A DNA stretch of 64,000 nucleotides from Vicugna vicugna (lineage: Eukaryota): contig MU058781.1 of assembly GCA_013265495.1 (NCBI GenBank), forward strand, positions 4,775,050 through 4,839,049. Direction: 5' to 3'. Below, one piece after another: positions 27,765-39,930 of this stretch. Every line of letters begins with the position of its first letter. Position 1 is the first letter of the stretch. A program made the position numbers and the translations under genes. The notes under the pieces are model-generated. The model did not search any database. It saw only the letters and a list, made by a program, of their open reading frames with translations, and was not told the DNA's origin.

Positions 27765-27935
27765 AGTTTGTGCTGAACACTGCTACTCATTTAATCATTA
27801 TTCCTTAGAATAAAACTACAATGTAGGGACTTCTGTTATCACCACCTTTCAGATGAAGACACTGAGGCTCACAGAGGAGAAATGACTTAGTAGCTGGAGA
27901 GTGGAAGAGCCAGGATTCTAGCCCACGTTCTGGAC
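27765..27935 (-). mobile_element. MIR SINE
   Basis: TTTCAGATGAAGACACTGAGGCTCACAGAGG...GAGCCAGGATTCTAGCCC. Confidence 0.7.
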
Positions 27936-29984
27936 CCCTGCTCTCTCCTCCGAGAGAGCTTCCCGTGTGATCCATATCTGTAGCAGCGTGTGTAGGACAC
28001 CCCACTATTTCCCCCAAAGCGTTCATGGCCTGACTTTCCCTCTGGCTGCTGATACACACAATTGAAAGCAAGGTTGAGAGTAAGTGGTGTTAAGTGCATA
28101 GAAAATGAAGAGGAGAACAGGCAATCATTAACAGGAAAAGCAAATTTTGTGCAAGGAATGAAAACTTATCACGTTATACCAGATGGCTAAGCTATGATTA
28201 ACATTTACATAGTAATAATAATGTACATACTTCGTATTGATCCAAATTAAATGATGGTTAAAAACTGTAACGGGAGAGTGGCGGCAAGAAGTGTGTGTGT
28301 GTCCTCCCCTAAGCGGCAGGAGGGCGCTATGGCCTCATGCCCCACTGGGAAATCAACTGATAAAGCCTAAAACTGAAAACTCTAGAAGTAAACATACAAC
28401 TTATTAATAAAAATGTATGAAGATGAATACTGAAATAACCCACTAAAAGTGTTGGAAGTGTCTGGGGAGCAGAGAATAGGTAGAGTTGATCAGGGTTTGC
28501 TGTTTTTAGTAACAAGCCTTGTAGAACTCTTTCACTCTGCAAATTACATGCATGCATCATTTTAATAAAAATAAAAACAAGAAAAATTAAAATAATAACA
28601 ACAGATATCCATGTACATATCTTTGCACTCATCAGAAAATCATTTATAAAAAGTGGGATTTGGGGGTCAATGAAAATGCATATTTTAAATTTTGGTGCAT
28701 ATTGTACAACTGGGATCCAGAAAGGTTAGATAAATTTCAACTACAATCAATAACTACATGACAATATTCATTTCTCTACTTCTTTCCCAATCTTCTGTCA
28801 ATTTTTCATCTCTGACAATATGACAGAAATAATGAGACACTTTATTTGCATTCTTTGATGATGAAAGTCATTTCTCTCAGTAATAAGTACATAAATGTGA
28901 TTTTTATTAGTTATTTCTTTTAATTGTTTTGTGAAATTGGCTGCTTATATCCCTCGCCATGTTTTTCTTTTCTGCTTTTTCTTGTTGACATGTAAAAAGT
29001 TTACTATGTATTATCAATATTAACCTTATGTTTGTCACATACTTTGCCAAAAATTTTCCAAATTTGCCCAAACATTTTGTGGCATAGTTAGAAAAAAATT
29101 TCTCTATCCCATTTTTCTTCAATCATCCATATTTTATATTTCATTTTTATTTTTGAAGTTTTATGTTTCCCGCATTTGAATTAATGTTGATGAAAAATGA
29201 GACAGTGATAAGTCATTCATTTTGAATTAATTTCTGAGTGTTTTAAGTTGAGGGGAGGGCTCTTGCTCCCCCTAGATGTGTAGCCAAAGCAAACACTAAT
29301 TTCTAGATTCCAATTTATTGTGTTGTCTCCCCTTTTAGTGGAAATTAGAAATACCTTACCCTTACTTTCAGTTTTTGATTGCATTTCAGTAGCAATCAGT
29401 TATGTTAAAACATGAATAAAATTTTAATAGCTTGAAATTAAACTAAGATTTCAATGATTTTTTGGCATTTAGATTCATTTTATGTGTTCTTGCTGCCATG
29501 GCCTTTGAAGTCTCAGAATGGTAAGCATTTTCTAGAAATTGGTGGGATTTAGAAAAGAAGGAATTTTAGGTGCTTTTTAGCTTCTGTTCGTTATTGATAG
29601 AATAGAGGGAAAAAAGGAGGGTTGTGATAAGATTTCTCTGCTCTAAAACAGGACTTTCCAAGAACTATTAGAAGAAACAGTTTCCTCAAAGTAATGAGAA
29701 AAAAAACAGTGGAACCTCTTACTAATTTCGGATGTTCCCCATCTAGGTATGTGCTCTGTAGAACTAAATTGGGATGTAAATAAATTAGCAATGCCCAGAA
29801 GTATAAGGACAATTACATTCAAAGACACATACGTGTATGAAAGAGAAACTTAATGAGGTGGTCTGTAGACTAAAGAAGGAAATTGCATTTTCTTAAATAC
29901 TGGACAACTTAGTAAACAAAAATCAAAGGAAATGTCCACCCACAAATTTTAGCACTCTTATTTGGATTTGGGGGAAAAATATAT

Positions 29985-30190
29985 GGAAATTGTTAAGAGA
30001 GTAAATCCTAAAAGTTCTCATCACAATGGAAAAAAAGTGTTTTATTTTATTTTGTATCTACATGAAATGATGGATGTTCACTAAACTTGTGGTAATCATT
30101 TCGTGATGTACGTAAGTCAAATTATTTGCTGCACACCTTAAATTTATGCAGTGCTCTATGTCAATTATACCTCAATAGAACTGGGGGGGA
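29985..30190 (+). mobile_element. L1MA/L1MB-like 3' end
   Basis: AAATTGTTAAGAGAGTAAATCCTAAAAGTTCTCATCAC...TGATGGATGTTCACTAAACTTGTGGTAATCATTTC...TATGTCAATTATACCTCAATA. Confidence 0.75.
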
Positions 30191-30289
30191 AAGTGCTTTC
30201 AAAAACTGCAAGATGATAGAGTAGATAAAGCACAATGTCTCTCCTGATTATCCTGTTAACTCGTGAGTAGAAGAAATGCAGTTTAATTT

Positions 30290-30765
30290 TAAAACATTAT
30301 TGGAGTGTCTGTTATGTACTAGACCCTGTGCTAGGTCTAAGGTCATGAAAATGAATGTGACACAATCCCTGACCTAAAGGGACTTAGAGTTTGGGAGATC
30401 TCATTCATTGCAACATTCAGAGCAATTGCTCTATCAAGTGGAGGCATGACCTTCTCTGCAGGTGGAGTGGTGGGGTTTAGAGCATCCTTGGGGTTTGGAG
30501 GAGGCATCTGGGAGGAGCCGGTCCCTGAGTAAGAGTTAGTCAGGGGAAACCTGCAAGGGCAAAGCCACCAAGACATGAAATAATATGACATTCACAGCAG
30601 AGGGATTTACAAGGACTTTGATGTTACGAGAGCAACAAAAGAGAGGGCTAAATAGGTGGGAGATCAGTCTGGAAAGGGAGACAGAGCCTGAGGAACCTGC
30701 AAGCCATGCTGAGAGTTTATTCTTTACGGACTGAGGAGGGATCATAAAGGCAGGACAGGAGGGAC
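30290..30765 (-). mobile_element. LINE-2 fragment
   Basis: CCTGTGCTAGG...AATCCCTGACCTAAAGGGACTTAGAGT...GGAGGCATCTGGGAGG..., typical of the antisense L2 3' region. Confidence 0.55.
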
Positions 30766-30875
30766 AGGGAAGTAGCAAGTCACTGGATGTCCCTGGGCCC
30801 CAGGTGTCCCACAAGTCTAAATTCTATAACCAGAAACCCCCTCATCATGGATGTGCTTTATCCACTGGTGTGTTT

Positions 30876-31456
30876 TGAAGGAGGTCAGGATATGCCACCC
30901 CAAATATGCCACTGGGGAATAAAGGTTGTTTTGCTGAAAACAATCAAGAAGTGGCAAACCCAGAAAGAACGCTTTGCCTTTCCCAGCTGCCTAAAAGCAG
31001 GTCATAAATTTCCCTTTGTGAAGGTGTTCCCCCTCCCCTTTCCTGTAGGAGGAGGAAAACTACCATTATCACTAGAGACAGAAAAATCAGCCCTGAATTG
31101 GGTCTATGTAAGCAAACCTTATTAAAATAACCCTTATCTGCCATTAGATTTCCGCATATATCTACCTTCCCACAGTTTACCAGCTCTAGGAGCCCAAACC
31201 CTTTCCCTGCATCTTATCACTTCTCTATAGATTTATCACCCTTTGTTAAGAGGGTGTATAAACCCCATATTCTAACCACCCCTTGGGTTGCTCATCACTG
31301 ACTACTCCCACATGTATGCCTGTTGCATGTATCAACAGACTGTGTTTTTTTCTTCTGTTAATCTGTCCTTCGTCAGTTTAATTTGCAGGCTCTAGGCACT
31401 GGACCAAAAAGGGTAGAGAAAAAAGTTGTTTGTTTGTTTGTTTTTCCTATCCTACA
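30876..31456 (+). mobile_element. ERV1 solo LTR (MER34/MER39-like)
   Basis: TGAAGGAGGTCAGGATATGCCACCCCAAATATGCCAC... to ...TCTGTTAATCTGTC...TTTTCCTATCCTACA; TG...CA termini. Confidence 0.75.
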
Positions 31457-31519
31457 ATTCCTACATTCAAGCCAGGTCTCATACAGGGGGAAAAAATGGC
31501 TATTTTAATAATAAAAGTT

Positions 31520-31775
31520 GAAATGAGACTTAGGGGAAGAAGGCCATGTGAAAGACAGAGGCAAAGATTGGAGATACGCTACCACAAGCCAAGGAACACC
31601 TGGGGCCACAATACGCTGGAAGAAACAAGGAAGAATTCTCCCCTCGAGGCTTTAGTTCCTGCTGTCACCTTGATTTCAGTTGTCTGGCCTCCAGAAATGT
31701 GAAAAAAGAAATTTCTATCATTTGAAGACACTCAGGCTGTGGTAGTCCGTTATGGCAGCTCTAGGAAACATGCGA
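31520..31775 (+). mobile_element. MaLR LTR 3' half (MLT1C/D-like)
   Basis: GGCCATGTGAAAGACAGAGGCAAAGATTGGAG...CCACAAGCCAAGGAAC...TGGCCTCCAGAAATGTG...TTATGGCAGCTCTAGGAAAC. Confidence 0.78.
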
Positions 31776-33000
31776 TGCTATAAAATTATCTTTCTGAGAG
31801 GAGAAAACCATGAAGAGAGTGACGTCAGAGAATTCCAGGAGGAGAGGTGGATTCTCAGGGTTGGGGGAAGAGTACAGTGTGAGTTTCTGGATCATACTTG
31901 AAGCTTCTTCAAGGTACACAAGCCAATCCCCTGATCTGGGAAGCCTCATCCCCACCTTCTCCATGCCCCTGCTGTCACAAGTCACTGACTGTGATGAGAA
32001 CATGTGACATCCATGTGCTCAGCTCGCCTTGAGAACATTAGCCACAATTGAGAGACACAGGCCAGGCTGCGCTTTGCCTAGTGTGTGTAAGCCTGTGGGA
32101 GTTGTGGTTGGGGTGGGGGAAGGAGTGAAGAATACTGAAGGCAGGCCCCTCACGTAGAAGGGTGACTCCACTGGACCCCTCTGGGCTCGATGGCCAATTG
32201 TTTCCGGCCTGGAAAGGATGCCTGTCTTGTCCCCCCCACCAGCACCCCACCATGCACCCTTGAGAAAGTGAAAAAGAGGTATTATTATGCTCGGGACTGG
32301 TTAACATCCTGAACTTAGCAGTAGCAAGTCAATTAAGCAATAAAACTAAGGCTTTTATAACACTTACTTTAAAATAAAAGTGGAACTATAACATGACAAG
32401 AGTAAGAATTCAGGATGAAACTTAGATAAACTCTCTGCCCAGGGATTTTAAGCAAGATACTAAGTTCTCTAAATTCAGCCTCCTTCTCTGTAAAACATGG
32501 TTAAATCCAGTTCACAGAATTGCTGAAGGATGAAATGAGGTGATGTCTACAAGAACTGTAGGAATCGTGACTCACTTGGTTCAAATATTAGAAACCCAAG
32601 TAAGACTATTTTTTCAATGGAATGTATTGGCTCCTATAAACTAGGACACCCATGGATGTGACTGGCTTGAAAAGATACAAGTGCCTACATGTCAACAGCC
32701 CTTTTCTCTGTCTGCTCTCTCTCTCTTCCCTTTCTTGGCTAGTCTTTGTGTAGTGGTTTCATTCTCTTTCTCCAGGAGGCTTCTTCCATCCTAAGAAGAC
32801 GTCTACCACTAGTGCCAGGATTTCACATGCCAGCCTGGCAGTTCAAGTCGAAAAAAGGAAGCTTGCTTCTCCCACGGTCCATGTATCAGTCCCAGGGAAG
32901 GGCTCTGACAGGACCGGCTGTCCTACCCCCAATGCCAGAGAGACTGACGGGTCTGAGTGTCTCCCAGGGGCTGGGCGACAGCAGTAATCCTGGAGAGTTT

Positions 33001-33773
33001 TGGGGGTTTTTTGTATATACGTATTTTTTATTGACATACAGTCAGTTTACAATGTTGTGTCAATTTCTGGTGTACAGCATCATGCTTTAGTCATACGTGA
33101 ATATACATATATTCATTTTCATATTCTTTTTCACCATAAGTTACTACAAGATATTGAATAGAGTTCCCTGTGCTATACAGTACAGACTTGTTTCTCTATT
33201 TTATATACAGTAGTTAGTAATCTGCAAACCTTGAATTCCCAATTTATCCCTTCCTACCCCATTCCCCTCTGATAACCATAAGTTTGTTTTCTATGCCTGT
33301 GAGTCTGTTTCTGTTTTGTAAATAAGATTTTTTGTCTTTTTTTTATATTATCACTTTATGCAAGTGATGTCATATGGTATTTTTCTTTCTCTTTCTGACT
33401 TACTTCACTTAGAATGATGATCTCTAGGCCCATCCATGTTGCTGCAAATGGCATTATTTTATCATTTTTATGGCTGAGTAGCTTTCCATTGTATAAATAT
33501 ACCACAGCTTCTTTATCCAGTCATCTATCAGTGGACATTTAGGTTGTTTCCATGTCTTGGCTAGTGTAAATAGTGCTGCTATGAACGTTGAGGTGCATGT
33601 ATCTTTTTGAATTAAGGTTTCCTCTGGATATATGCCTAGGAGTGGGATTGCTGGATCATATGGTAAGTCTATATTTAGTCTTTTGAGAAATCTCCATACT
33701 GTTTTCCATAATGGCTGCACCAAACTACATTCCCACCAACAGTGTAGGAGGGTTCTTTTTTCTCCACCATCTG
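33001..33773 (-). mobile_element. 5'-truncated LINE-1 with ORF2 C-terminal remnant
   Basis: ORF 33454-33933(-) contains [28 protein letters not shown]...[13 protein letters not shown]...WKQPKCP, the L1 ORF2 cysteine-rich C-terminus; TSD TGGAGAGTTT at 32991-33000 and 33774-33783. Confidence 0.93.
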
Positions 33774-34002
33774 TGGAGAGTTTAAAGTATGTAGGTGTTT
33801 TCATGTTCAGGGAAATCATGTGTAGAAAAAAAAAATCTATGGACATACACCAAACTACATTATTTCTGGTGGAATTATGGTATGTCTGTTTGCTTACTTC
33901 TTTGCAAGTTTTGGCATTTTCTAAACATTCCATTAAAAGCCATATTACCTTGAGAATGAGGGGTTAAAATTACAAAAACTAATTGGAAAAAGAAAATACA
34001 TT

Positions 34003-34470
34003 GCCGAGGAAGACAGGCGTAATACACCACCCCCCCGCCGAGATGTGCCCCTTTGGCATGTGGATTATTTTGAGCTGAAGGCAATCAAGCCCCAGCATAC
34101 TCAGGAAAAACTTTTACCTCTCCCTTAACTGCCTAAAAGAATTTAGATAGGGGGCCTGGCCCAGAAAGAGAGCTATTATGAGAGATAACTTTTTATCTGA
34201 AGGACTTACCTGCATGGCCCAGCAAACATCTGATTACCAAACCCCTGCTTTTCTTATCTGCCTGTAAATCCCTCCCCTGCCTTCAAGCCCCAGGTCCCTC
34301 TCCCATTCCTGAGCTCTGGGTGGCATAGAAACCTCATTTGCCTGACTACCTTTGGGTCTCATATTTTCATGGGGCTCCCATACATATGAAATTACATTCT
34401 TGTTCTCTCCTGTTAATCTGTCTTATGTCAATTTAATTATTAGACCAGCCACAGGACCTAGAAGGTGGAA
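34003..34470 (+). mobile_element. ERV1 solo LTR (MER34-like)
   Basis: CTTTGGCATGTGGATTATTTTGAGCTGAAGGCAATC...CTGCCTAAAAG...CTGTTAATCTGTCTTATGTCAATTTAATT...CCTAGAAGG. Confidence 0.75.
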
Positions 34471-34979
34471 TACTTTATCACCCAGGTACAGATGAAACCA
34501 TTTTTCATCAGGGAGTCTAGGGTGTGTCTCAAACCACATGGAGCATTAGAAAATACATGTGCCATTTCCAAGTTAGAATGTGATTGATTGTAGTATATCG
34601 GAGACAGAGTTTTCCCAACAGGATGGAAATGGGGAGAGGAGGAGCCCCCTGGAGGAAGGGGAAGGTGGTTTTGTGAAGCTCCCACAGGAAGGAATGCCAG
34701 CAACACTCTTGTTGATCAAGTCAGCCTGCTGTTCCAGGGAGAGCCCCAGTCCCTATGGGATGTTATTGGATCTGCGTAGAAAGATCCCTGGAGGGAAGAA
34801 GGGGGTTGGTGCTGTTCCCTCCAGGGGTCTGTATCTTCCTTCTCCCCTGTGCTCTCATTCCCTGTCTCCCAGAACTCCCCAGAACCAAGCCTTGGCCTCC
34901 TCCATGAACCTACTTATTCTGAAGATGAACAACCCTGGTTCTCCAGCCAGGATAAATTCCAGCTGAAATCTGCAAACCG

Positions 34980-35494
34980 CTGGAGGAGAAGAAAAATGAT
35001 TTCCCTTCTACCCTTCTAGGTTCAGTGGCTGAGATCTCCGTGTAATAAAAGACAGGCAAGAGAACAACATAAACTTTAATAACATACTCACCTCCTGTAC
35101 ACACGGGAGAGACCCAGGAAAACCAAGTAACTCCCTGAAATGGCCCGAGTCACCACCTTAAATGCCATCTCCAGCTACAGACAAAAGATAGGGGGTGGGG
35201 AGGCCAGATATGGGAGGTTACCAGGAAAAGTACAGTCAGGTTGCTATGCAGATTTAAATCTGGCGCCTCCTTCACTGGTGAGAGTTTTTGGTGATTTAGA
35301 ATCCTCTTTCTCTTCCTGGTACAGAAAGGAAAACACCCTTCAAGTAAAGATTTCCCTCATAAATGCAAATATAAATACAAATGTCTACTGTTTTTAGAGC
35401 TTCTCTTGTATCTTTTTTCTTAAAAATGATCAGCTCAAAATAATCCTCATGCCAAGGAAGCACATTTTGGGGTGGCATATTCTGCTCCCTTTTA
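34980..35494 (-). mobile_element. ERV1 solo LTR (MER34/MER39-like)
   Basis: Ends CAGCTCAAAATAATCCTCATGCCAAGGAAGCACATTTTGGGGTGGCATATTCTG, the reverse complement of the start of the two preceding LTRs. Confidence 0.75.
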
Positions 35495-37110
35495 ATGCCA
35501 TCTTTATTTTTGTATGTATTCAAGAAACTGAAAGGGGGCCAATGTGTCTGGAGTGTGGTACAAGAGGGGACTGCAGAATGAGATGAGAAAGGAGAGGTGA
35601 GCAGTTGGCACAGGGCAGATTATTTCCAGTAAAAGCGTAAGTTAGTGAAGGGACCCTTAGCTTGTGTTCCCTGAGAAAGCAGAGCCTGAAAAGAAAACTT
35701 CTGTGCAAGGAGTTTTCATGAAATGACCTCAGGAAAATGGCAAGATCCAGAGATTAAGACAAAAAAGTAGGAAAAACCAAAGTATCAGGTTGCCACTTAC
35801 AACCCAAGCAGTGAGTCTTCATTCCCAGTCCTCCCGAGAAGCATAAAGCCAGCCTCCCAGAATGGTCGTCCTGATGGACTGGACGTGGGACTGTTCATCC
35901 TTTGCCTCTGGCTTCCTAGCGTCTACAAATGTGGAGGAATCCTCAGGCAGGAAACAAAGGTCCGCCTTACCCAGGTGAGCACAGCAGGAGCCACTAACCT
36001 AGGAACTGACTTGAAGCCCACCCGGGGCAGCCCAGACCAGGCACAGCTGAAATCCCAGGTGACTGAGAGGAGAGGACAAGAGGCATCTGATACCGAGTTT
36101 TAGGCTGAAAAATCATGAGGTCTAATTTCTGTTTTTCAAAACGGCCACTCTGATAGATTCTTGGAGAATAGATCTGAGGACAGTCAGGGTGGAGATGGAG
36201 ACCAATGAAGAAGTTATTGAAGCGGTCCTGGTGAGATGGTGATGGTGTTGTCAAAAGCTGACTTGCCAACACAGTCTGTTGAAGAGACAAAGCTGAGTTT
36301 ATTGCTTTCCAGGGTAAAGCGGAGGAGGATTTGGGCAGTGTCTTAGAAGGGAAAAGACAAGGTCGAATTTTTTGGTGAATCTGGAGTGTGGTTTAAGATA
36401 GGTCTTTCAGTGTGGAGGCACACGTAGGATCATGATAGAACAGTTTCAGATTGTTGAACCTAGCAAGTTGAGAATCTTAAGGCAAGGGGCTCAAAGAATT
36501 TGGGGGCATAACGTGTCTGTTGATGCTTTATAGTGAAAATTCAATGGATCTTCTAGGAACTTCCTGTAAGGAACAATCAAATTCTTTTGGAAGTATCTTC
36601 TGGAAGAGTAAAGCCACACTCAGGAAGGCAACAGAATAGTAAATTCATGTTAATGTGGACAATTCTGGGAGTGGAAGCTTCTTTCAGTTCTCTGAGTCCT
36701 GGCTGTGTGTCAGGAGTAGACAGCTTCTGTTTTCTGTGTCTTGTTCTAAAGTGGGAGCCCTGAGGATGGAGAGAAGTCAATGGATTCTCGACATATTTAA
36801 GAGGTACAAAATAAATGACCTTCCCATTGGACAAGATTGCGAGATGTGGAGAAGAAACAATACCACCTAGAAATCTCAATAAGACACTGAAATGTAGGTG
36901 CCAAGTTTGGGTTGGAGGCATTAATGTGGCTATCAGTATGTAATTATAACTTAGAGCTAAGAAAAAGTCGCCTGGTGAGAGCTTCCTTCTCCCAGATCTT
37001 GAATATCACTAGCAAGATGAAGGAAGAGGGTCTAAGGACTAAAATCCTGGGTATTTTAAGATTCAGCTACAAGGTGGTATATGTGTCAATTCAGAATGTA
37101 TTTGATGACA

Positions 37111-37240
37111 GCGGGGAGGCCATAGCTCAGTGGTAGAGCGCATGCTTAGCATGCACAAGGTCCTGGGTTCAATTCCCCATACCTCCATTAAAAATAAATA
37201 AGCCTAATTACCTCCCCCTCAAAATGTAAGAAAGTAAAAA
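37111..37240 (+). mobile_element. tRNA-Ala-derived SINE (Vic-1-like), best-preserved copy
   Basis: TAGCTCAGTGGTAGAGCGCATGCTTAGCATGCACAAGGTCCTGGGTTCAATTCCCC; perfect 18-bp TSD AGAATGTATTTGATGACA at 37093-37110 and 37241-37258. Confidence 0.92.
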
Positions 37241-38229
37241 AGAATGTATTTGATGACAAATGACGGAAAACACTAGTTGAGTGTCATAGACGGGGTGTAT
37301 TCTTGTCGCATACGTGAAGTCTGGAGCTGGGCAGCCCAAGGATGGTGCAGCTGATCATAATAACACTTTGGGGACCCAAGTTCTTTAATCTTCCTCTTCT
37401 ACCTTTTTTTCCACATAGGTCTCTGTCCTCGAGCTTGTGGCTTCATGGTCACAAGATGGCAGTTGTCCCCTTAGGCGCACAACCACCATCCAGGCAGGAA
37501 GCAGGAGGGTCACAGGGCAGGTCAGCTCCTTTTTGTCAAGAAATGAAAGCTGTCCTAGAAGCCTTTGCTCTGCCAACTTCTTCATTGTCCAGAGCTATGA
37601 CACACATCCTCCCAACTCCAAGTGTGTCCCGAAAAGGAAGTATTTTTAGCCGGGCACTGAACAGCACTGGGGTTTTATTCGTAAGGAAGGAGGAAGGAAT
37701 GGGTATTACATACAGCTGCTGATATGCGCCACTGGCAAATAAAAACCCATGAAGGAGCCAGAGGGGCGGGTCTAGGGGTAAAAGGGAAACACTGAAGTGT
37801 GTGGTGTCCCCAAAACCAAGAGAGGACATCCTTTCAAGAGGGAGGGAGGGACCAACTGGGTCAAATATTCCTAAATCTGAAAAAAGTGGGGAGGAGGGCG
37901 AGTCCAGGGAATCTGGCAACATGGAGGTCATCGGGGACGGTGACAAGGGCAGGTTCTGTGACAAGGTGGGCGTGGAACCCCAGGAAGTAGGCTGAGAAGA
38001 GAATGATGGGTGATGAAGGGGAGACTAACTTTATTTTAGAAGTTTGGCATTGAAAAGGGTAGTTGGGAGAAGAATGAGGTGTGAAAAGGGAAGGATGTGT
38101 TAGGATGGAAAATATTGCCATCCATCTCACTAAACTGTCTTGAGGGGACAACACATATTAACTAGCTTTAATATCCATTTAAAAATATCAAGTCAAGGGC
38201 ATCCTAAGCCATTTTCTTCCCAAAGCTAT

Positions 38230-38450
38230 ACAGTATGGTGCACAGAATAGGCTTTGGAGTCAGGAAGAGCAAGGTTTGAAACCTAATTCTGCCTGGCTGT
38301 GTGATCTTAAGCCAGTTGCTTAACCTCTCTGAATCTGTTTTCTCATAAGCGAAATAGGACCTTCATAGCTACCTCAAAAGCCATGAAAGAACAGATGTAT
38401 GTAAAGTACCCATCACGGTATCGGGCACATAGTAAATCTTCACTAAGTGG
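38230..38450 (+). mobile_element. MIR SINE
   Basis: GGCTTTGGAGTCAG...GGCTGTGTGATCTTAAGCCAGTTGCTTAACCTCTCTGAATCTGTTT...GGCACATAGTAA. Confidence 0.78.
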
Positions 38451-39189
38451 TACCGACATTCTTCTGGCAGGCCGGACCTAGCGTTTATATATCAAGGGGC
38501 TAAATGAAGCTCCCACGAGACAGAGCTAACAAACGCCTCATAAGGTCGTGTAATTTACTTTGAGCCAAAGCACAGGAGGCCAACCAAGCCGCACAGAGCC
38601 ACCCTACATAATGCGTACAACCCAACTTACTCCTTCATGTTTCCCGATTTGTATCGCGGCAGAAAATCGTGTACCTACTTGTCTCTCGGAGGCTCAAAGT
38701 ATAGCCAGAGGGCTGAGCAGCAGCTGAGCATCTGCCTCCTCCTTGAAATTCGGGGTCAACAGGAGGACAGACCTGTAAGAATACTCACAAGGGGAGAGAA
38801 TTCTTTGCAAGGCAGATGGAAGAACAAATATTAAGCAAGAAATGTGTGGCTGTGGGTGGAGGGAGAAGTATGTACCGTGAGAGAGTGCTCATCGTGAGAA
38901 CTAACTTTGTATTATTATTAGTTGGTAATAATGATGGTGATGTTTACCTTTATTAGGGTTAGCTCTTGGTCTGAAGCTGAATGTGGTGGAAAGGGGTGGA
39001 TCACAGTAGGCAATTTGGAAGGCATTCATTGAGTGAAATGAAGGACTCTAATTTCTCTCTCCTGCACACCACCCGGAATGACACTCCTGGCTCTGAGCTC
39101 TGAGAAAATAACTGAGTGTTGATAAAGATGCCCTTGGCTTCTGGGACTTCAGGAAGGAATCAGGGCCCACTGTGTTGTCTTACTATCTG

Positions 39190-39495
39190 CACAGCAGCAC
39201 AAAGAGCCCAAACACTGGAGCCCAACAGTCTAGGTTCAAATTCTGGCTCCACCCCTTAGTAACCAAGTGACTTCAGGCAAGTTTTGTTTTTGTTTGTTTT
39301 GGGTTTTTTTTTTTTTTTGGCATCCCTGGGTGGGTTTGAACCACCCCAGGCAAGTTTCTTAACCTTTCTGAGCCTTAGTGTCTTTGACAGTAAATGGAGG
39401 TAAGAAAACCTACATCGCAGTTTCAGTGTGAAGGCTAGATGAAATACACAAAGGGCCGGGTTCAGAGCTCAGCACGTAGTCATAGTTGGTGCTCA
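39190..39495 (+). mobile_element. MIR SINE hosting the tRNA-Asn retro-fragment
   Basis: GGTTCAAATTCTGGCTCCACCCCTTAGTAACCAAGTGACTTCAGGCAAGTTT[insert]CTTAACCTTTCTGAGCCTTAG; the MIR core is colinear across the insert. Confidence 0.78.
39318..39345 (-). pseudogene. Retroposed 3' fragment of mature tRNA-Asn(GTT) including CCA
   Basis: Minus strand reads GGTGGTTCAAACCCACCCAGGGATGCCA versus recalled tRNA-Asn GGTGGTTCGAGCCCACCCAGGGACG+CCA (25/28 identical). It is followed by an A-rich tail (T-tract 39285-39317 on +) and flanked by the duplication CAGGCAAGTTT (39274-39284, 39347-39357). Confidence 0.8.
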
Positions 39496-39589
39496 GACAT
39501 TTCTTGCCTTCTGAGCCCAGTGCATGTGACAACCTGTCCCCTCTCCTGACACATACAGCCCTAGGGATGGAAAACCCAGGAGCATAGCT

Positions 39590-39930
39590 TCTTGGCTTCT
39601 CTGGGAAGCAGATGCTTGAAATGGATTTTCACAGGAACACCTGTGAAAGAAAAGGGGCAGGGGCAGAACTGGGCTGGGGAAGTCTCAGGACCAGGATAAA
39701 GATGCGACCAAGCCTGTGCCAAGCCAGCCAAGGGAGCTGTGAAGCAAGGAACGCCCGTTAGAGGAGTCCCTCGTGGGGCAGAAACAGCCCAGACCGGGCT
39801 CCAACAGTGACCTTTGGCTGTCTAGAAAAGCCGGCCTCCAGCTGAGACAGGTCCTCAAGGAGACAGCTGGGGACAGTCAGCCCCGTGGCCCGTCCTTCCT
39901 TAAAGGTGCCTCTCTGGTCTGTCATGCCTC
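39590..39930 (-). mobile_element. ERVL solo LTR (LTR16-like)
   Basis: TTGGCTTCTCTGGGAAGCAGATGCTTGAAATGG...AACACCTGTGAAAG...GCAGAACTGGGC; shares its layout with the 6790 element. Confidence 0.5.

Noticed and set aside
33454..33933. 159-aa ORF on the minus strand
   Set aside because: It is the L1 ORF2 C-terminus of a truncated insertion read in from flanking DNA, not a host gene.
37111..37190. Apparent tRNA-Ala(AGC) gene
   Set aside because: It has a SINE tail, an A-rich end, an 18-bp TSD and a disrupted acceptor stem, and five related copies occur in the window.
39318..39335. Retroviral primer-binding site for tRNA-Asn
   Set aside because: Complementarity extends to 28 nt rather than 18, it is preceded by a T-tract rather than an LTR ending in CA, and it is enclosed by a TSD.
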